Source of the DNA: Clostridia bacterium
GTDB lineage: Bacteria > Bacillota > Clostridia > Christensenellales > CAG-138
Length of the DNA stretch: 64,000 bases
Reading direction: 5' to 3'
Assembly: GCA_036654235.1 (NCBI GenBank)
Contig: JAVVSK010000009.1
Span: 19,539 to 83,538, forward strand
This document shows, in pieces, positions 9,453-20,373 of this stretch. The notes beneath the pieces are model-generated. The model was not told where the DNA came from and did not search any database. It saw nothing but the letters and a program-made list of their open reading frames with translations. The first letter of the stretch is position 1. The number at the start of each line of letters is the position of its first letter. The position numbers and the translations under genes were made by a program.

Positions 9453-9666
9453 CTCAATTTATAAATAGCATGATCATAAGCAAACTTTAGAAGTATAGAA
9501 ATATCTATCTATTCTATATACATTATAAATGATAAGTTAATCAAAGGTCAACAGAAGAACGTTTATATACGTCGTCGGATACTTATTTAGAACGGTTAAA
9601 AAAACAGAATGGGGTAGATATAAAAAAATGCGTTGCCAATTGCTTTTTTAATGATATAATAAGGAT

Positions 9667-11067
9667 ATGTTTATTAAAAACTTTTTTCTTGTTGATAAAA
9701 TGATTAAGCCATCTATGGTGTTGGGGGAGCTTCCCGGGACAAAAGAAGCGTATAAAACGAGCCTCGCTATGGCTTGGCCCTCGGCGCTTGAATCCGTTTT
9801 GATCGCTCTTATCGGCTCAATGGACATCATGATGGTCGGGTCATTGGGCGAATCCGCAATTTCGGCGGTCGGAATAACGACTCAGCCGAAATTCATACTG
9901 TTAGCCGTTATAATGACGCTTAATATGGGCGTTACCGCGATAGTAGCTAGAAGAAAAGGCGAGGGCGATAAAGTGGGCGCGACAAAATGCCTAAAACAGG
10001 CTCTCCTTCTTTGCGGTCTGCTGTCTCTAATTTTAAACGTACTTGGCGAGGTTTTCGCCGAGGATTTTTTACGCTTAGCCGGAGCGAACGACGATTATAT
10101 GGTGGATGCTCTCGTATATTTTCGAATCATCCTTATAGGTAATTTTTTTTCATGTATAAACTTAACTATAAATGCCGCGCAAAGGGGCTTCGGAAATACG
10201 CGAATATCAATGGTGACGAATATTTCCGCGAACCTTGTAAATATTCTTTTTAACTTTCTCCTTATAAACGGCATTTGGATTTTTCCAAGGTGGGGGGTTA
10301 TGGGCGCTGCTGTTGCAACGGTTATAGGAAATATAGTCGGACTTATAATAGCGATAATCTCGGTAACTAGGCGGCAACGCGAATTTAATATATTCGTAAG
10401 CAAGGGATGGGGCTTTGATAAAAAGACGATGAAGGGTATAATTAAAGTCTGGTCCTCTGCTCTCGTTGAACAGGTATTTATGCGTGCCGGATTTTTCGTT
10501 TATGCGGCAATGGTTGCCTCTTTGGGAACGCTTGCCTTTGCGACGCATCAAATTTGCTTACAACTTATAAATATATCGTTCGCATTTGGCGATGGGCTGG
10601 GGATAGCCTCTGCTAGTTTAGTAGGTCAAAACTTAGGGGCAAAGCGACCCGATATAGCTATGATATACGGTAAAGTAGGTCAGCGCTGCGCCCTTATAAT
10701 AGGCATATTTCTTTCAATTACCTTTATCCTTTTACGAAAACAGCTGATCGGTCTATTTTCAAACGAAGCGGAGGTTATCGAGCTGGGGTCGAAGGTCGTT
10801 TTCGTTATAGCTCTCCTCTGTCTTGCGCAAACATCACAGGTCGTAATATCGGGCTGTTTGCGCGGCGCGGGCGACGCTGGCTTTGTCGCCATATCATCTT
10901 TTATAAGCATAGCGGTGGTTAGAACCGGTTTATCTTATCTTTTCTGTTTCACTTTAGGATGGGGCTTAATCGGAGCTTGGTTGGGTATGTTCAGCGATCA
11001 GTTTTTGCGTTTAATACTGAATTTTATTCGCTATGAAACGGCAAAGTGGACCAAAATAGAATTGTAA
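9667..11067 (+). CDS. MATE family efflux transporter
   Basis: 466 aa with about 12 TM helices and the typical MATE duplicated 6-TM layout. The start may instead be the internal MIKPSM. Confidence 0.85.
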   Translation: MFIKNFFLVDKMIKPSMVLGELPGTKEAYKTSLAMAWPSALESVLIALIGSMDIMMVGSLGESAISAVGITTQPKFILLAVIMTLNMGVTAIVARRKGEGDKVGATKCLKQALLLCGLLSLILNVLGEVFAEDFLRLAGANDDYMVDALVYFRIILIGNFFSCINLTINAAQRGFGNTRISMVTNISANLVNILFNFLLINGIWIFPRWGVMGAAVATVIGNIVGLIIAIISVTRRQREFNIFVSKGWGFDKKTMKGIIKVWSSALVEQVFMRAGFFVYAAMVASLGTLAFATHQICLQLINISFAFGDGLGIASASLVGQNLGAKRPDIAMIYGKVGQRCALIIGIFLSITFILLRKQLIGLFSNEAEVIELGSKVVFVIALLCLAQTSQVVISGCLRGAGDAGFVAISSFISIAVVRTGLSYLFCFTLGWGLIGAWLGMFSDQFLRLILNFIRYETAKWTKIEL

Positions 11068-11103
11068 CGCATTCAATGTTTTAAAAAACGCATTTTATAA
11101 ACC

Positions 11104-11138
11104 AAATACCCCCACGGAATAATTCCGTGAGGGTATTT
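11104..11138. terminator. bidirectional hairpin between convergent genes
   Basis: AAATACCC-C-CACGGAA..TTCCGTG-A-GGGTATTT, with A/T runs on both sides. Confidence 0.6.
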
Positions 11139-11151
11139 GATTCATAAAGGT

Positions 11152-12342
11152 TTACTCATACCTAAGCGCGTCTATCGGCTTTAGCTTACTCGCTTTATTT
11201 GCGGGGTAAAGCCCAAATACGACCCCGATGAATACGGAAAACAACATAGCCGTAAGTATTACGGGGAACTCCATAGTGAGCGTCATATAGTCACCGGCTA
11301 TAGCGCCTATAAGTTCGAGTATTCCCCAAGAAAAAGCGAGACCTATGCTTCCACCGAAAAGACTTAGGATTAGTGCTTCAGATAAAAATTGTGTAAGTAT
11401 ACTAAAGCGCGACGCGCCTATCGCTTTTCTTATTCCTATTTCGCGGGTTCGCTCAGTAACCGAAACAAGCATTATATTCATTATTCCGATTCCACCGACA
11501 ACGAGGGATATAGCCGCTATGCCGCCCAAAAGCAGACTCATTGTACTCATTGCTTTATCCATTATATTCATCACTGTAGACTGATTAACAATATAAAACG
11601 CATCCTTATCCTGTTTAAACCGATTTAAAAGTAGATTATTCAGTTTGTTTTCCGCCTTATCCATTTTTGAAGAATCCGCGGAGCTAACGTAAAACGTAGT
11701 TACAAAGGGTGAGTTTGTCATTCGGCTTCCTATATTATACGGTATATATGCAGTATTGCGTCCTTTCGTAATAAAGGACATAAACGATGTGCCGCCCGTT
11801 TTATCTTCCTTTAGCACGCCAATTACTAAAAAATCGCGCCCATTAACGCTAACTGTTGCACCGACAGCGTCTTTCTCAGGGAAAAACTCATTCGCGCTTT
11901 CCGCGTCTAAAACTATGACGGCGCTTGCGTTATCTATATCGGGCTGCTTAAGAAACCGTCCATAATCAATTTTAACGTTGCGTATATTTTGATATTCGGG
12001 GGTCGTACCGTAAATAACGAAGTCAAGGTTGTTTAGACCGGATTTAACGGTTGAATATACGGTGGCTTCCGGTGCGGAGGAGAGAATTTCCGGTTCATTC
12101 GCGAAAGCTTTAACGTCTTCGGTCGTAAGGGGTGCGCCCCGGTCGTCAACTACCGAAACCGAAATAAGGTCGCTTCCAACCTCCGAAATTTGCGAAACTA
12201 TCGCGCCTTTCGCCCCGTTTACGAGAGAGATCAGAACAACCACGGATATAACTCCTATAATTATTCCGAGCATAGTCAAAAAAGAGCGCATCTTGTTTGA
12301 AAATATAGCGGAAAAAGCCATTTTAATGGTTTGAATTAACAT
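11152..12342 (-). CDS. ABC transporter permease, MacB/FtsX type
   Basis: 396 aa with one N-terminal TM, a large extracytoplasmic domain and a C-terminal FtsX 3-TM bundle. Confidence 0.85.
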   Translation of the reverse strand: MLIQTIKMAFSAIFSNKMRSFLTMLGIIIGVISVVVLISLVNGAKGAIVSQISEVGSDLISVSVVDDRGAPLTTEDVKAFANEPEILSSAPEATVYSTVKSGLNNLDFVIYGTTPEYQNIRNVKIDYGRFLKQPDIDNASAVIVLDAESANEFFPEKDAVGATVSVNGRDFLVIGVLKEDKTGGTSFMSFITKGRNTAYIPYNIGSRMTNSPFVTTFYVSSADSSKMDKAENKLNNLLLNRFKQDKDAFYIVNQSTVMNIMDKAMSTMSLLLGGIAAISLVVGGIGIMNIMLVSVTERTREIGIRKAIGASRFSILTQFLSEALILSLFGGSIGLAFSWGILELIGAIAGDYMTLTMEFPVILTAMLFSVFIGVVFGLYPANKASKLKPIDALRYE

Positions 12343-13019
12343 GAAGCCACCTCGCTTACCTCGCCGTCCAATATGCGCACTTTGCGCTTTGCGGCGTTCG
12401 CTATCGATTCGTCGTGGGTTATTAAAATTATAGTGTTTCCGAGATCGTTAAGTTCATGAAATATTGAGAGTATTTCAGCTCCGGTCTTTGAATCGAGATT
12501 ACCCGTAGGTTCGTCGGCTAGTATTATTGAAGGTTCCGTTGCAAGGGCGCGCGCTATAGCGACTCGCTGTTGTTGCCCTCCGCTAAGCTCGGTCGGTCTA
12601 TGTTCCATTCGCGACGAAAGACCGACTCGGGAGAGCGCAATAGCGACGCGTTCATGACGAACGCTTGGCGCTACGCCCTGATAAATAAGAGGAAGCTCAA
12701 CGTTTTCGATAGCGGTCATTTTCGGAAGAAGGTTAAAACCCTGAAATATAAAGCCTATCTTTTTATTTCTTATTCGCGCAAGCTGTTTTTCCGAATATTC
12801 CTCTATGCGCTGACCATCTAATATATAGGTCCCGCTGTCCGCTATATCAAGACAGCCGATTATATTCATTAAAGTAGATTTCCCGCTTCCCGATGGACCT
12901 ATGATGCTTACGAACTCTCCCTTTTTTATCGTAAGGGAGGCGTGAAAGAGTGCATGAACATCGGTGTCACCTATGCTGTAGGTTTTATTGATGTCTATGA
13001 GCTTTATTATATCGCTCAT
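12336..13019 (-). CDS. ABC transporter ATP-binding protein (MacB/LolD-like)
   Basis: Walker [10 protein letters not shown], signature LSGGQQQR, Walker [12 protein letters not shown]. Confidence 0.92.
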   Translation of the reverse strand: MSDIIKLIDINKTYSIGDTDVHALFHASLTIKKGEFVSIIGPSGSGKSTLMNIIGCLDIADSGTYILDGQRIEEYSEKQLARIRNKKIGFIFQGFNLLPKMTAIENVELPLIYQGVAPSVRHERVAIALSRVGLSSRMEHRPTELSGGQQQRVAIARALATEPSIILADEPTGNLDSKTGAEILSIFHELNDLGNTIILITHDESIANAAKRKVRILDGEVSEVASC

Positions 13020-14599
13020 TTTAAACCCTCCGGTGTTGGCTGAACGTTATTTTGTTTCATAAAACGCATCATACCTAACATAGTACTCTCGCTCAACTGA
13101 TACATAGCTATATCGTTCTCTTTAAGCCCCTTTACTATCTCTACGTTTATCCCGTCGGATAGACCACTCTCAATATAGGTTTTAACCATGTCTTTTCCGC
13201 GATGATCGCCCGTTGCGCTTAAAAGAACGAATGCTTTTCCGTCACTCTCCTCGTTTAAAAGCTCAAGGGGAACGATGAGAACATCATCTCTGCGCTCGGT
13301 AACGATAGTAGCCGCAGCGTTCATGCCGATTAAGATTCGCGAATCCGCGTTTTTAAGCGTAATCGTAACCGAATAGTTCGTAACTTCATTCACGGATATG
13401 CCTATGGATGAAAGGGCGGTTATTTCGCCTTCAAACTTTGCTCCGGGTATTGCGCTTATTTTTACATCTGCCTTTTGCCCTAATTTTAAAGACAAGATAT
13501 CAAGTTCGTCTATATCCGAGGTCATTTCGATTTTTTCGCCTTCCATTACAGAGGTACCGACGGTCGTTATTTTAGTTGAACCCACTGTCATTTCGCCGTT
13601 TTTTAAGCTGAGAGATGCTATTGTTCCGTTCATCTCCGCTTTTAAAGCGTAGTTTGCATTTTTAAGCGTGACGGCTTTCGATAGTGCGTCCGCCGCTCTT
13701 TCGCGCTCGGCTAATCTATAAGAAAATTCGGGCGTAACCGCATCCGAAACTGTATATAACTTTTCGCCCACGGATACCGAGTCGTTAAGACCGACATGTA
13801 TCGATTTTATTTTTCCGTTCGAATATAAAACCGTATAAGGGGCATTTATCTCAGTTGTTGCTTCGGAGATTTTTTTATTCGTATCGGATATAGCGAGAGT
13901 TGTGCCCACTGAATATGCGTCGTCGTCTACTAAGGCGGTATAAGTTGAACCCGTGTGTGAGATTATTGTAGCTCTTCGCGATTTACCCGTTTCGTTTTCA
14001 ACGGCGAGTTTACTATACAGAGCGTAATCTTCGGAGGAATCGAAAGTAAGTTTTAAAAATCCATCGGTAGACAACACCATGAGAGCGCCATGCTCCAGCA
14101 TAACGGCTTCGACGGAGCTGTTTTCTTCTCCGTATATCAACTTTACGCGACCTTTTACCGTAGAACTTACCGCCTTATCCTCCGATTTTCGCATAGAGGC
14201 AAGGTCGGCATCTTTCGCGGTTAAATCCAAAGAAAGCGTATCTATAAGGTTATTTACATCGTTTTTATCGAAAAACGCTATCGTATCTCCAATTTTAACG
14301 ATATCTCCAACTGATTTTTCAACGCTCTCGACGGTAATCCCCGAGAGCGTCTCAATACTTTCGGTATTTCCTACTTTAAGCGTTCCTGTAGCCGTAACGG
14401 ATTTTATTATGCTGCCCTTTTTGACCGTATGGGTTTCGTAATACGGGGCGTTCATATTGTTTCTAATAATTGCGCCGGTGACGAGAAATCCTGCAATGAG
14501 AAATACGATAATTATAAGCGCTATTAATCCGGCATTTTTACGTTTTTTCTTAGGCTTGGAGGGGACTATAACCTCGCCTTTATTTGGATTTTTAACCAT
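13016..14599 (-). CDS. HlyD/MacA-like membrane-fusion (periplasmic adaptor) protein
   Basis: N-terminal TM anchor and a long beta/coiled region. It is translationally coupled to the ABC pair downstream. Confidence 0.7.
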   Translation of the reverse strand: MVKNPNKGEVIVPSKPKKKRKNAGLIALIIIVFLIAGFLVTGAIIRNNMNAPYYETHTVKKGSIIKSVTATGTLKVGNTESIETLSGITVESVEKSVGDIVKIGDTIAFFDKNDVNNLIDTLSLDLTAKDADLASMRKSEDKAVSSTVKGRVKLIYGEENSSVEAVMLEHGALMVLSTDGFLKLTFDSSEDYALYSKLAVENETGKSRRATIISHTGSTYTALVDDDAYSVGTTLAISDTNKKISEATTEINAPYTVLYSNGKIKSIHVGLNDSVSVGEKLYTVSDAVTPEFSYRLAERERAADALSKAVTLKNANYALKAEMNGTIASLSLKNGEMTVGSTKITTVGTSVMEGEKIEMTSDIDELDILSLKLGQKADVKISAIPGAKFEGEITALSSIGISVNEVTNYSVTITLKNADSRILIGMNAAATIVTERRDDVLIVPLELLNEESDGKAFVLLSATGDHRGKDMVKTYIESGLSDGINVEIVKGLKENDIAMYQLSESTMLGMMRFMKQNNVQPTPEGLK

Positions 14600-14794
14600 T
14601 TTTTATTTACCTCGCATATTAAACTGCGATTACTCTACACGCTTATTTTGAACGCAATATGGCAATAAAGTTATTTTCATGAGAAATTTAGCGGAACGAA
14701 GCTTTTAAAAAAACTATCTTCAGTGGCACGGCATATAGTTTTAATATTAAATGACAATATATTTGAATAGATCAAAAATTAAATGTAAAACCAC

Positions 14795-14823
14795 TTGACA
14801 TCGGAATAAAGCTATGCTAAAGT
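14795..14823 (+). promoter_or_regulatory. sigma-A type promoter upstream of rpmG-secE-nusG
   Basis: TTGACA-17 nt-TAAAGT. Confidence 0.55.
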
Positions 14824-14895
14824 ACTAAAGCTATCCCCTTAGAAGGGGATATATTTAGGTTGCGCACACACCACAGTTAAAAGGAGTGAAAAGCT

Positions 14896-15045
14896 ATGCG
14901 TGTCAAGATAACATTGGCGTGCACGGAGTGCAAGCAGAGGAATTACAACACCTTCAAGAACAAGAAAAACGATCCTGATAGGTTGGAATTCAATAAATAC
15001 TGCCGCTTCTGCCGCAAACAAACCCTACATAGAGAGAGCAAATAA
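14896..15045 (+). CDS. rpmG: 50S ribosomal protein L33
   Basis: 49 aa, below the ORF-track cutoff. Hand translation gives [49 protein letters not shown], with RBS AAGGAG upstream and the conserved position before secE. Confidence 0.92.
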   Translation: MRVKITLACTECKQRNYNTFKNKKNDPDRLEFNKYCRFCRKQTLHRESK

Positions 15046-15084
15046 AATTTCCCCCTAAAATATATTATGGGGAACGGAGGAATT

Positions 15085-15369
15085 ATGGATAACGAAAAGA
15101 AGCTTGAAACCAAGCCGGTCAAAAAGAAAAAGCCCAGAGAAAAAGGGCGCGTTAAAAAGTATTTCCGCGAAGTTGTAGGCGAGGTCAAGAAGCTGAGCTG
15201 GCCTACGCCTAAAGAGCTCGCCATGTATTCTCTCATGGTATTGGCGTTTGTCGCGGTCATGGCTATTATAATCGGCGCTTTGGATATTGGCTTTGGCGAA
15301 GGAATGAGGGCGCTTGCCCATGTCGCTCCTACGGCGACTCCGGTTGTGTCCGCTACTCCTGTACTTTAA
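15085..15369 (+). CDS. secE: preprotein translocase subunit SecE
   Basis: Lys-rich N-terminus, the EVKKLSWPT motif, a single TM, and a position between rpmG and nusG. The start is set at MDNEKK, behind a GGAGG RBS. Confidence 0.88.
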   Translation: MDNEKKLETKPVKKKKPREKGRVKKYFREVVGEVKKLSWPTPKELAMYSLMVLAFVAVMAIIIGALDIGFGEGMRALAHVAPTATPVVSATPVL

Positions 15370-15386
15370 TATGAGGATATCGGAAG

Positions 15387-15935
15387 ATGGCTGAGAGAGA
15401 TAGAGACGAAACGATTGTTGAAGATCCGAGATGGTATGTTGTACATACCTATTCCGGATATGAAAACAAGGTAAAAGAGGATCTTGAAAAGACCGTTGCT
15501 AAGCGCGGACTGTCGGATGCCATACTTGAAATTAAATATCCCACCGAAGAAGTAACGGAAATTAAAGACGGTAAGCGTCATACTGTTACGAGAAAGGTCT
15601 TTCCCGGCTATGTAATGATAAAGATGGTTATGAATAACGATCTTTGGTACATTGTAAGGAATACTCGCGGCGTAACCGGCTTTGTTGGTTTAGGTTCTAA
15701 ACCAACCCCGCTTACGGATACCGAGGTGACCGCTATGGGCGTTGAGAGACTTCCCATTGAGCTCGATGTCGTAGCTGGCGATCATGTTGAGATTATATCA
15801 GGTCCGTTTGAGAACTTTCCCGCCGTCGTCGAGCAGCTTGATCCTGAACGGCAGGTGGTGCGCGTTAAAGTATTCATGTTTGGGAGAGAAACCTCTCTTG
15901 ATCTTGAATATGTTCAGATTAAGCGCGTCGTTTAA
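15387..15935 (+). CDS. nusG: transcription termination/antitermination factor NusG
   Basis: NGN domain (WYVVHTYSGYENKV) plus a KOW domain. Confidence 0.93.
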   Translation: MAERDRDETIVEDPRWYVVHTYSGYENKVKEDLEKTVAKRGLSDAILEIKYPTEEVTEIKDGKRHTVTRKVFPGYVMIKMVMNNDLWYIVRNTRGVTGFVGLGSKPTPLTDTEVTAMGVERLPIELDVVAGDHVEIISGPFENFPAVVEQLDPERQVVRVKVFMFGRETSLDLEYVQIKRVV

Positions 15936-16080
15936 AAAAGCGCAAAAAAATCTTTTGTTTTTGAAGTATCGCCCAAAAGGGCTTTACATAGGGGCAATTT
16001 TATTGCCTCTGTGGGAGGGAAATTGATTTAAAGTCTATTTCCCGCTCGCACCACTTTTATTTTCGGAGGAATTACTAAAA

Positions 16081-16506
16081 ATGGCAAAGAAGATTACAGG
16101 TCTTGTAAAGCTTCAAATAGCCGCCGGCAAAGCAACGCCGGCGCCGCCGGTAGGTCCCGCGTTGGGACAATACGGCGTAAACATGATGGGATTCTGTAAA
16201 GAGTTTAATGAGCGTACCTCTAAACAGGCTGGTTTGATAATTCCCGTTGTCATAACCATCTATCAGGATCGTTCATTTACTTTTATAACGAAATCTCCAC
16301 CCGCAGCTGTACTTATAAAGAAGGCTTGCGGACTTGAGCATGCTTCCGGTCGTCCTAATACAGAGAAGGTCGCGAAGATTACCAAGGCTCAGATAAAAGA
16401 GATAGCGGAAGCGAAGATGCAGGATTTAAACGCGGCGTCTCTTGAAACCGCGATGTGCATGGTGGCAGGCACCGCCCGTAGCATGGGCGTTGTCGTGACA
16501 GACTGA
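16081..16506 (+). CDS. rplK: 50S ribosomal protein L11
   Basis: [30 protein letters not shown]. Confidence 0.95.
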   Translation: MAKKITGLVKLQIAAGKATPAPPVGPALGQYGVNMMGFCKEFNERTSKQAGLIIPVVITIYQDRSFTFITKSPPAAVLIKKACGLEHASGRPNTEKVAKITKAQIKEIAEAKMQDLNAASLETAMCMVAGTARSMGVVVTD

Positions 16507-16522
16507 CGCGGAGGTAATTTAA

Positions 16523-17212
16523 ATGAAGCATGGAAAAAACTATATTGAGAGCTTAAAAGCTATAGACAGAACGAAGCTTTATGACCCGGCGGAAGGAATA
16601 ACTACCGTTCTTGGTACACATAAAGCGAAGTTTGATGAAACCGTTGAAGCGCATGTACGTTTGGGCGTTGATCCACGTCACGCGGATCAACAGGTTAGAG
16701 GCGCGGTAGTTTTACCGCACGGAACCGGTCGCGTTATCAGGGTTTTGGTTTTCGCAAAGGGAGATAAGGCGAAGGAAGCCTTAGAAGCCGGAGCGGATTT
16801 TGTCGGCGACGATGACATAGTAAAAAAGATTCAGACCGAAAACTGGTTTGGGTTCGATGTTTGCGTAGCGACGCCGGATATGATGGGCGTTGTCGGTCGC
16901 ATAGGTCGCGTTTTAGGACCAAAAGGTCTAATGCCCAACCCGAAGAGCGGAACCGTTACAATGGATGTCGCGAAAGCGGTTACAGAGATTAAAGCCGGTA
17001 AGGTTGAGTATCGCGTAGATAAAACGAGTATCATTCACGTTCCTGTCGGGAAGGTCAGCTTTGGACAGGAAAAGGTTCTCGAAAATTTAAATACGCTTAT
17101 GGAAGCAATTATTAAGGCAAAGCCCGCGGCAGCAAAGGGAACTTATATAAAGAGTCTCGTTATATCGACGACTATGGGTCCCGGAGTCCGTTTTAACGGA
17201 CAAAAATTTTAA
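16523..17212 (+). CDS. rplA: 50S ribosomal protein L1
   Basis: 229 aa with a typical L1 sequence ([13 protein letters not shown]...). Confidence 0.95.
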   Translation: MKHGKNYIESLKAIDRTKLYDPAEGITTVLGTHKAKFDETVEAHVRLGVDPRHADQQVRGAVVLPHGTGRVIRVLVFAKGDKAKEALEAGADFVGDDDIVKKIQTENWFGFDVCVATPDMMGVVGRIGRVLGPKGLMPNPKSGTVTMDVAKAVTEIKAGKVEYRVDKTSIIHVPVGKVSFGQEKVLENLNTLMEAIIKAKPAAAKGTYIKSLVISTTMGPGVRFNGQKF

Positions 17213-17249
17213 TTTTTAAAACGGTTTTCGGATAAATCCGATATAATCG

Positions 17250-17352
17250 AATATTTTGCCAAAGACAGCAGGTATTAAAGTAAATCCTGCCGAGGCGGTT
17301 TTAACAAGTTAACTTGTTATTTCCCCATGTCTTTTGGCATGGGGAATTTTTT
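17250..17352 (+). promoter_or_regulatory. ribosomal protein L10 leader-like attenuator
   Basis: The rplA-rplJ spacer contains CCAAAGACAGCAGGT...CCTGCCGAGG, the palindrome AACAAGTTAACTTGTT, and the hairpin CCCCATG-TCTTTTGG-CATGGGG followed by AATTTTTT, directly before the rplJ RBS. Confidence 0.55.
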
Positions 17353-17374
17353 GAACGGAGGTGAATATAAAAAA

Positions 17375-17887
17375 ATGGCAAGTGCAAAAATCATTGAACA
17401 AAAGGCAAAAAAGGTTGAGGAAATTCGTGAAAAAATGAGCAGGGCACAATCCGTAATACTTTTTAACTATAGAGGACTTACGGTAAGCGAAGTTACGGCG
17501 CTTAGAAACGAAATGCGAAAGGCCGGTATTGAATATCTGGTATTGAAAAACGGTCTTGTTGCACGCGCGGCGCAGCTTAGCGGTGTTGACGGTTCTATCC
17601 ATGAACTTTTAAAGGGACCCAGCGCTTTCGCTTTTGGTTATGACGACGCTATCGCTCCTGCGAAAATACTTAAGGATGCGATAAAGAAGTATAAAAAATG
17701 CGAAATGAAGGGCGGCATAGTTGACGGAGTTGTTATGAACGCGAAAGACGTTGATACCCTCGCCGATTTGCCCAGCAAGGAACAGCTTATCGCAAGGATG
17801 CTTGGCAGCATGATGTCTCCGATTTCGGGACTCGCAATCGTACTCAATCAGATCGCGAAAAAGCGCGAAGAAGCTGCGGAAGCGTAA
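17375..17887 (+). CDS. rplJ: 50S ribosomal protein L10
   Basis: The start was moved to MASAKIIEQKAKKVEE, behind a GGAGG RBS. Typical L10 sequence. Confidence 0.93.
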   Translation: MASAKIIEQKAKKVEEIREKMSRAQSVILFNYRGLTVSEVTALRNEMRKAGIEYLVLKNGLVARAAQLSGVDGSIHELLKGPSAFAFGYDDAIAPAKILKDAIKKYKKCEMKGGIVDGVVMNAKDVDTLADLPSKEQLIARMLGSMMSPISGLAIVLNQIAKKREEAAEA

Positions 17888-17958
17888 TGCTTTTTCAAAA
17901 AAAAAGTAACGCTGATTGAACAGCGAGACAAAAAAATAGATAGAGGAGTTTTATTATA

Positions 17959-18324
17959 ATGAATAAGGAACAATTAATTGCCGATATTAAGGCTATGACG
18001 GTTTTAGAGCTTAACGATCTCGTTAAGGCTCTTGAAGAAGAATTTGGCGTTTCGGCCGCCGCTTCAGCGGTTGCCGTTGCGGGTCCCGCGGCTGCTGCCG
18101 AGGTTGAGGAAAAGACTGAGTTCGATTGCATACTTAAGGATATCGGCGCTGAGAAGATAAAGGTTATTAAAGTCGTCCGCGAGATCACCGGTCTGGGTCT
18201 TAAAGAAGCTAAAGAACTGGTTGATAACGCGCCTAAGGCCGTTAAAGAGGCTATTCCAAAGGAAGAATGCGATAAGGTCGTCGAAGCATTTAAGGCTGTT
18301 GGAGCAACGATCGAGGTTAAGTAA
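17959..18324 (+). CDS. rplL: 50S ribosomal protein L7/L12
   Basis: An Ala-rich hinge and the C-terminal domain motif [21 protein letters not shown]. Confidence 0.95.
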   Translation: MNKEQLIADIKAMTVLELNDLVKALEEEFGVSAAASAVAVAGPAAAAEVEEKTEFDCILKDIGAEKIKVIKVVREITGLGLKEAKELVDNAPKAVKEAIPKEECDKVVEAFKAVGATIEVK

Positions 18325-18418
18325 TTTTCTGATTAATAAAACCCCGTGGTCGATTTTTTGTTTAATAGCGATATATAATATTGCTTGCATTCAAAAAAAT
18401 CGTTCTCGGGATTGCAAT

Positions 18419-18448
18419 AAAAGCCCTAATATAGGGCTTTTATTTTTT
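18419..18448 (+). terminator. rho-independent terminator after rplL
   Basis: AAAAGCCCTA-ATA-TAGGGCTTTT followed by ATTTTTT. Confidence 0.8.
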
Positions 18449-18590
18449 ATATGCTTGCATTTCTTAATTGCTTATTTTTCAATATAGCATAAAATAAATT
18501 AAATCAACCGATGGAAATTGCTAAAATAAAAATATACCGGTGAAAAAATATTATTTATATGGTAATATGGAATTAAACGGAGGTGGTAAT

Positions 18591-19145
18591 ATGAATGACA
18601 CCGCATATAGCATAGCCGCGTCTATATTCAGCTATGTTTTTATGGCGATAATAGCATATATGCTGGTGAGACTCGTCGTTTTATCTCTCGCTGAATATAG
18701 GGAGAATAAAAAGGCTCGTATAATGCAAAAGAATATGGCGGCAGGGCGAATCGAATTTTTATCTCCCGAAAATTACGCGGGAAACGAATTTTTAATTAAT
18801 CGCGAAACTATCGTAGGTAGAAGCCGCGGAGCGGACATAGTAATACCGGATAAAGGCGTTTCAAAGCGTCATTGCGTAATATTTGAGAGAAAAAGCGGGA
18901 TATACATAGCGGATTATGGAAGTAAGTTAGGCACCTTTGTAAACGGAGAAAAGCTTTTTAAGCACGATATGCGCTTAAAAAGCGGGGATATAGTCTCCAT
19001 AGCGGAGAAAATAGCATTTAAAGTAACGTTTGACGGAGAATTTGAGGGAGAACCGGAAGAAACTTTCGATTCAGTTGAAGACTTCGGAATTAATACAATG
19101 ACCTATGGAGAGGAAGGCAAGGCTGAATATGACAAGCAAAACTAA
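18591..19145 (+). CDS. membrane-anchored FHA domain protein (FhaB/FipA-like layout)
   Basis: N-terminal TM (VFMAIIAYMLVRLVVLSL) and a C-terminal FHA domain (GRSRGADIVIPDKGVSKRHCVI...GSKLGTFVNGEKL). The start is set at MNDTAY, behind a GGAGG RBS. Confidence 0.8.
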   Translation: MNDTAYSIAASIFSYVFMAIIAYMLVRLVVLSLAEYRENKKARIMQKNMAAGRIEFLSPENYAGNEFLINRETIVGRSRGADIVIPDKGVSKRHCVIFERKSGIYIADYGSKLGTFVNGEKLFKHDMRLKSGDIVSIAEKIAFKVTFDGEFEGEPEETFDSVEDFGINTMTYGEEGKAEYDKQN

Positions 19146-20373
19146 AAGGCGCGCTATAGGTCTTCTCGTTTTATTAATACTCTTTATCATGTGCGCATTT
19201 TCGCTTCTCGCTTTTTCGGGGAAGTCTATCGATTATGTCGCACCCCTTTTTGGTGCGATTTTATCTTGCGTTTTGATAATAGAATATGCTCTTATGGCGC
19301 GGCTGTTTGGAAATTTCGATAGATTCCTTTTAATAACTGTCGATATTCTCCTTTGCATCGGCATGGCTACCCAATACCGTATGGATTCAGCCTATGCTTT
19401 TAAACAACTGGCTATGTTCGTAGGAGGCAGCATCTTGATGTTTATATGTATTCCGTTTTTTAAAAAGCAGGATATTATAAAAAAGTTGACTCTTCCGATG
19501 ATGATAGCATCTATTATCGTTTTGGGCGTTCTTCTCGTTTTCGGCAAGGAAAACGGCGGCGCAAAGAACTGGATAAATATAGCCGGATTTACTTTCCAAC
19601 CGAGTGAATTTGTTAAAATAGCGACGGTTATCGTTCTTGCCTTCTATTTTGATAAGAGCAGTCGTTTTAAAAAGGTTTTTCCCGCTTTTGCCTTTGTTTT
19701 AATTATAGCCGCGCTCCTTATGCTTGAGCGAGATTTAGGTGCGGTAATGCTTATTGCGGGGACTGCTCTAATTGTATTTTACGCTGCTACGGGAAATATT
19801 CTGGCGACATTAGGCGGCGTTGCCTTTGGCGCGGGCGGGGCACTACTAAGTTACTCGCTTTTCGATCACGTTCGAATTCGCGTTGCCGTTTGGCAAAATC
19901 CATGGGCTACATACGAGGGAAGCGGATATCAGATTGCGCAGGGTCTGATGGCGATAGCGTCGGGAGGTCTCTTCGGCGTTGGTCTAGGGATGGGGACACC
20001 TAAAATAATCCCCGCATATCGAACGGACTACATATTTGCCGTCATATGCGAACAGTTCGGGATAATCGTCGGGCTTTGCGTAATAGCGTTTTATATCGTA
20101 TTTATAATTCGCGGAATAAATATAGCGTTAAAAGCACCAAATCGATTTTTAATGCTCTTAGGCTTCGGCTGTACCGTCCTAATAACGTTGCAAAGCTTTA
20201 TAATTATAGGAGGCGTTATAAAGATGATACCTCTTACCGGGATAACGCTTCCGTTCGTTAGTTACGGGGGGACATCTATGATAGCTTGCATGATCCTTTT
20301 GGGTATTTTACAGAGCATTGCCGTTCAGGGTAGAGAGGAGCTAACTTTAGATGAAAACAAAACTCAAGATTAA
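19129..20373 (+). CDS. FtsW/RodA/SpoVE family peptidoglycan glycosyltransferase
   Basis: About 10 TM helices and SEDS motifs (QPSEFVKI, GLGMG, TDYIFAVICEQFG, PFVSYGGTS). The alternative start is at 19105. Confidence 0.88.
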   Translation: MTSKTKRRAIGLLVLLILFIMCAFSLLAFSGKSIDYVAPLFGAILSCVLIIEYALMARLFGNFDRFLLITVDILLCIGMATQYRMDSAYAFKQLAMFVGGSILMFICIPFFKKQDIIKKLTLPMMIASIIVLGVLLVFGKENGGAKNWINIAGFTFQPSEFVKIATVIVLAFYFDKSSRFKKVFPAFAFVLIIAALLMLERDLGAVMLIAGTALIVFYAATGNILATLGGVAFGAGGALLSYSLFDHVRIRVAVWQNPWATYEGSGYQIAQGLMAIASGGLFGVGLGMGTPKIIPAYRTDYIFAVICEQFGIIVGLCVIAFYIVFIIRGINIALKAPNRFLMLLGFGCTVLITLQSFIIIGGVIKMIPLTGITLPFVSYGGTSMIACMILLGILQSIAVQGREELTLDENKTQD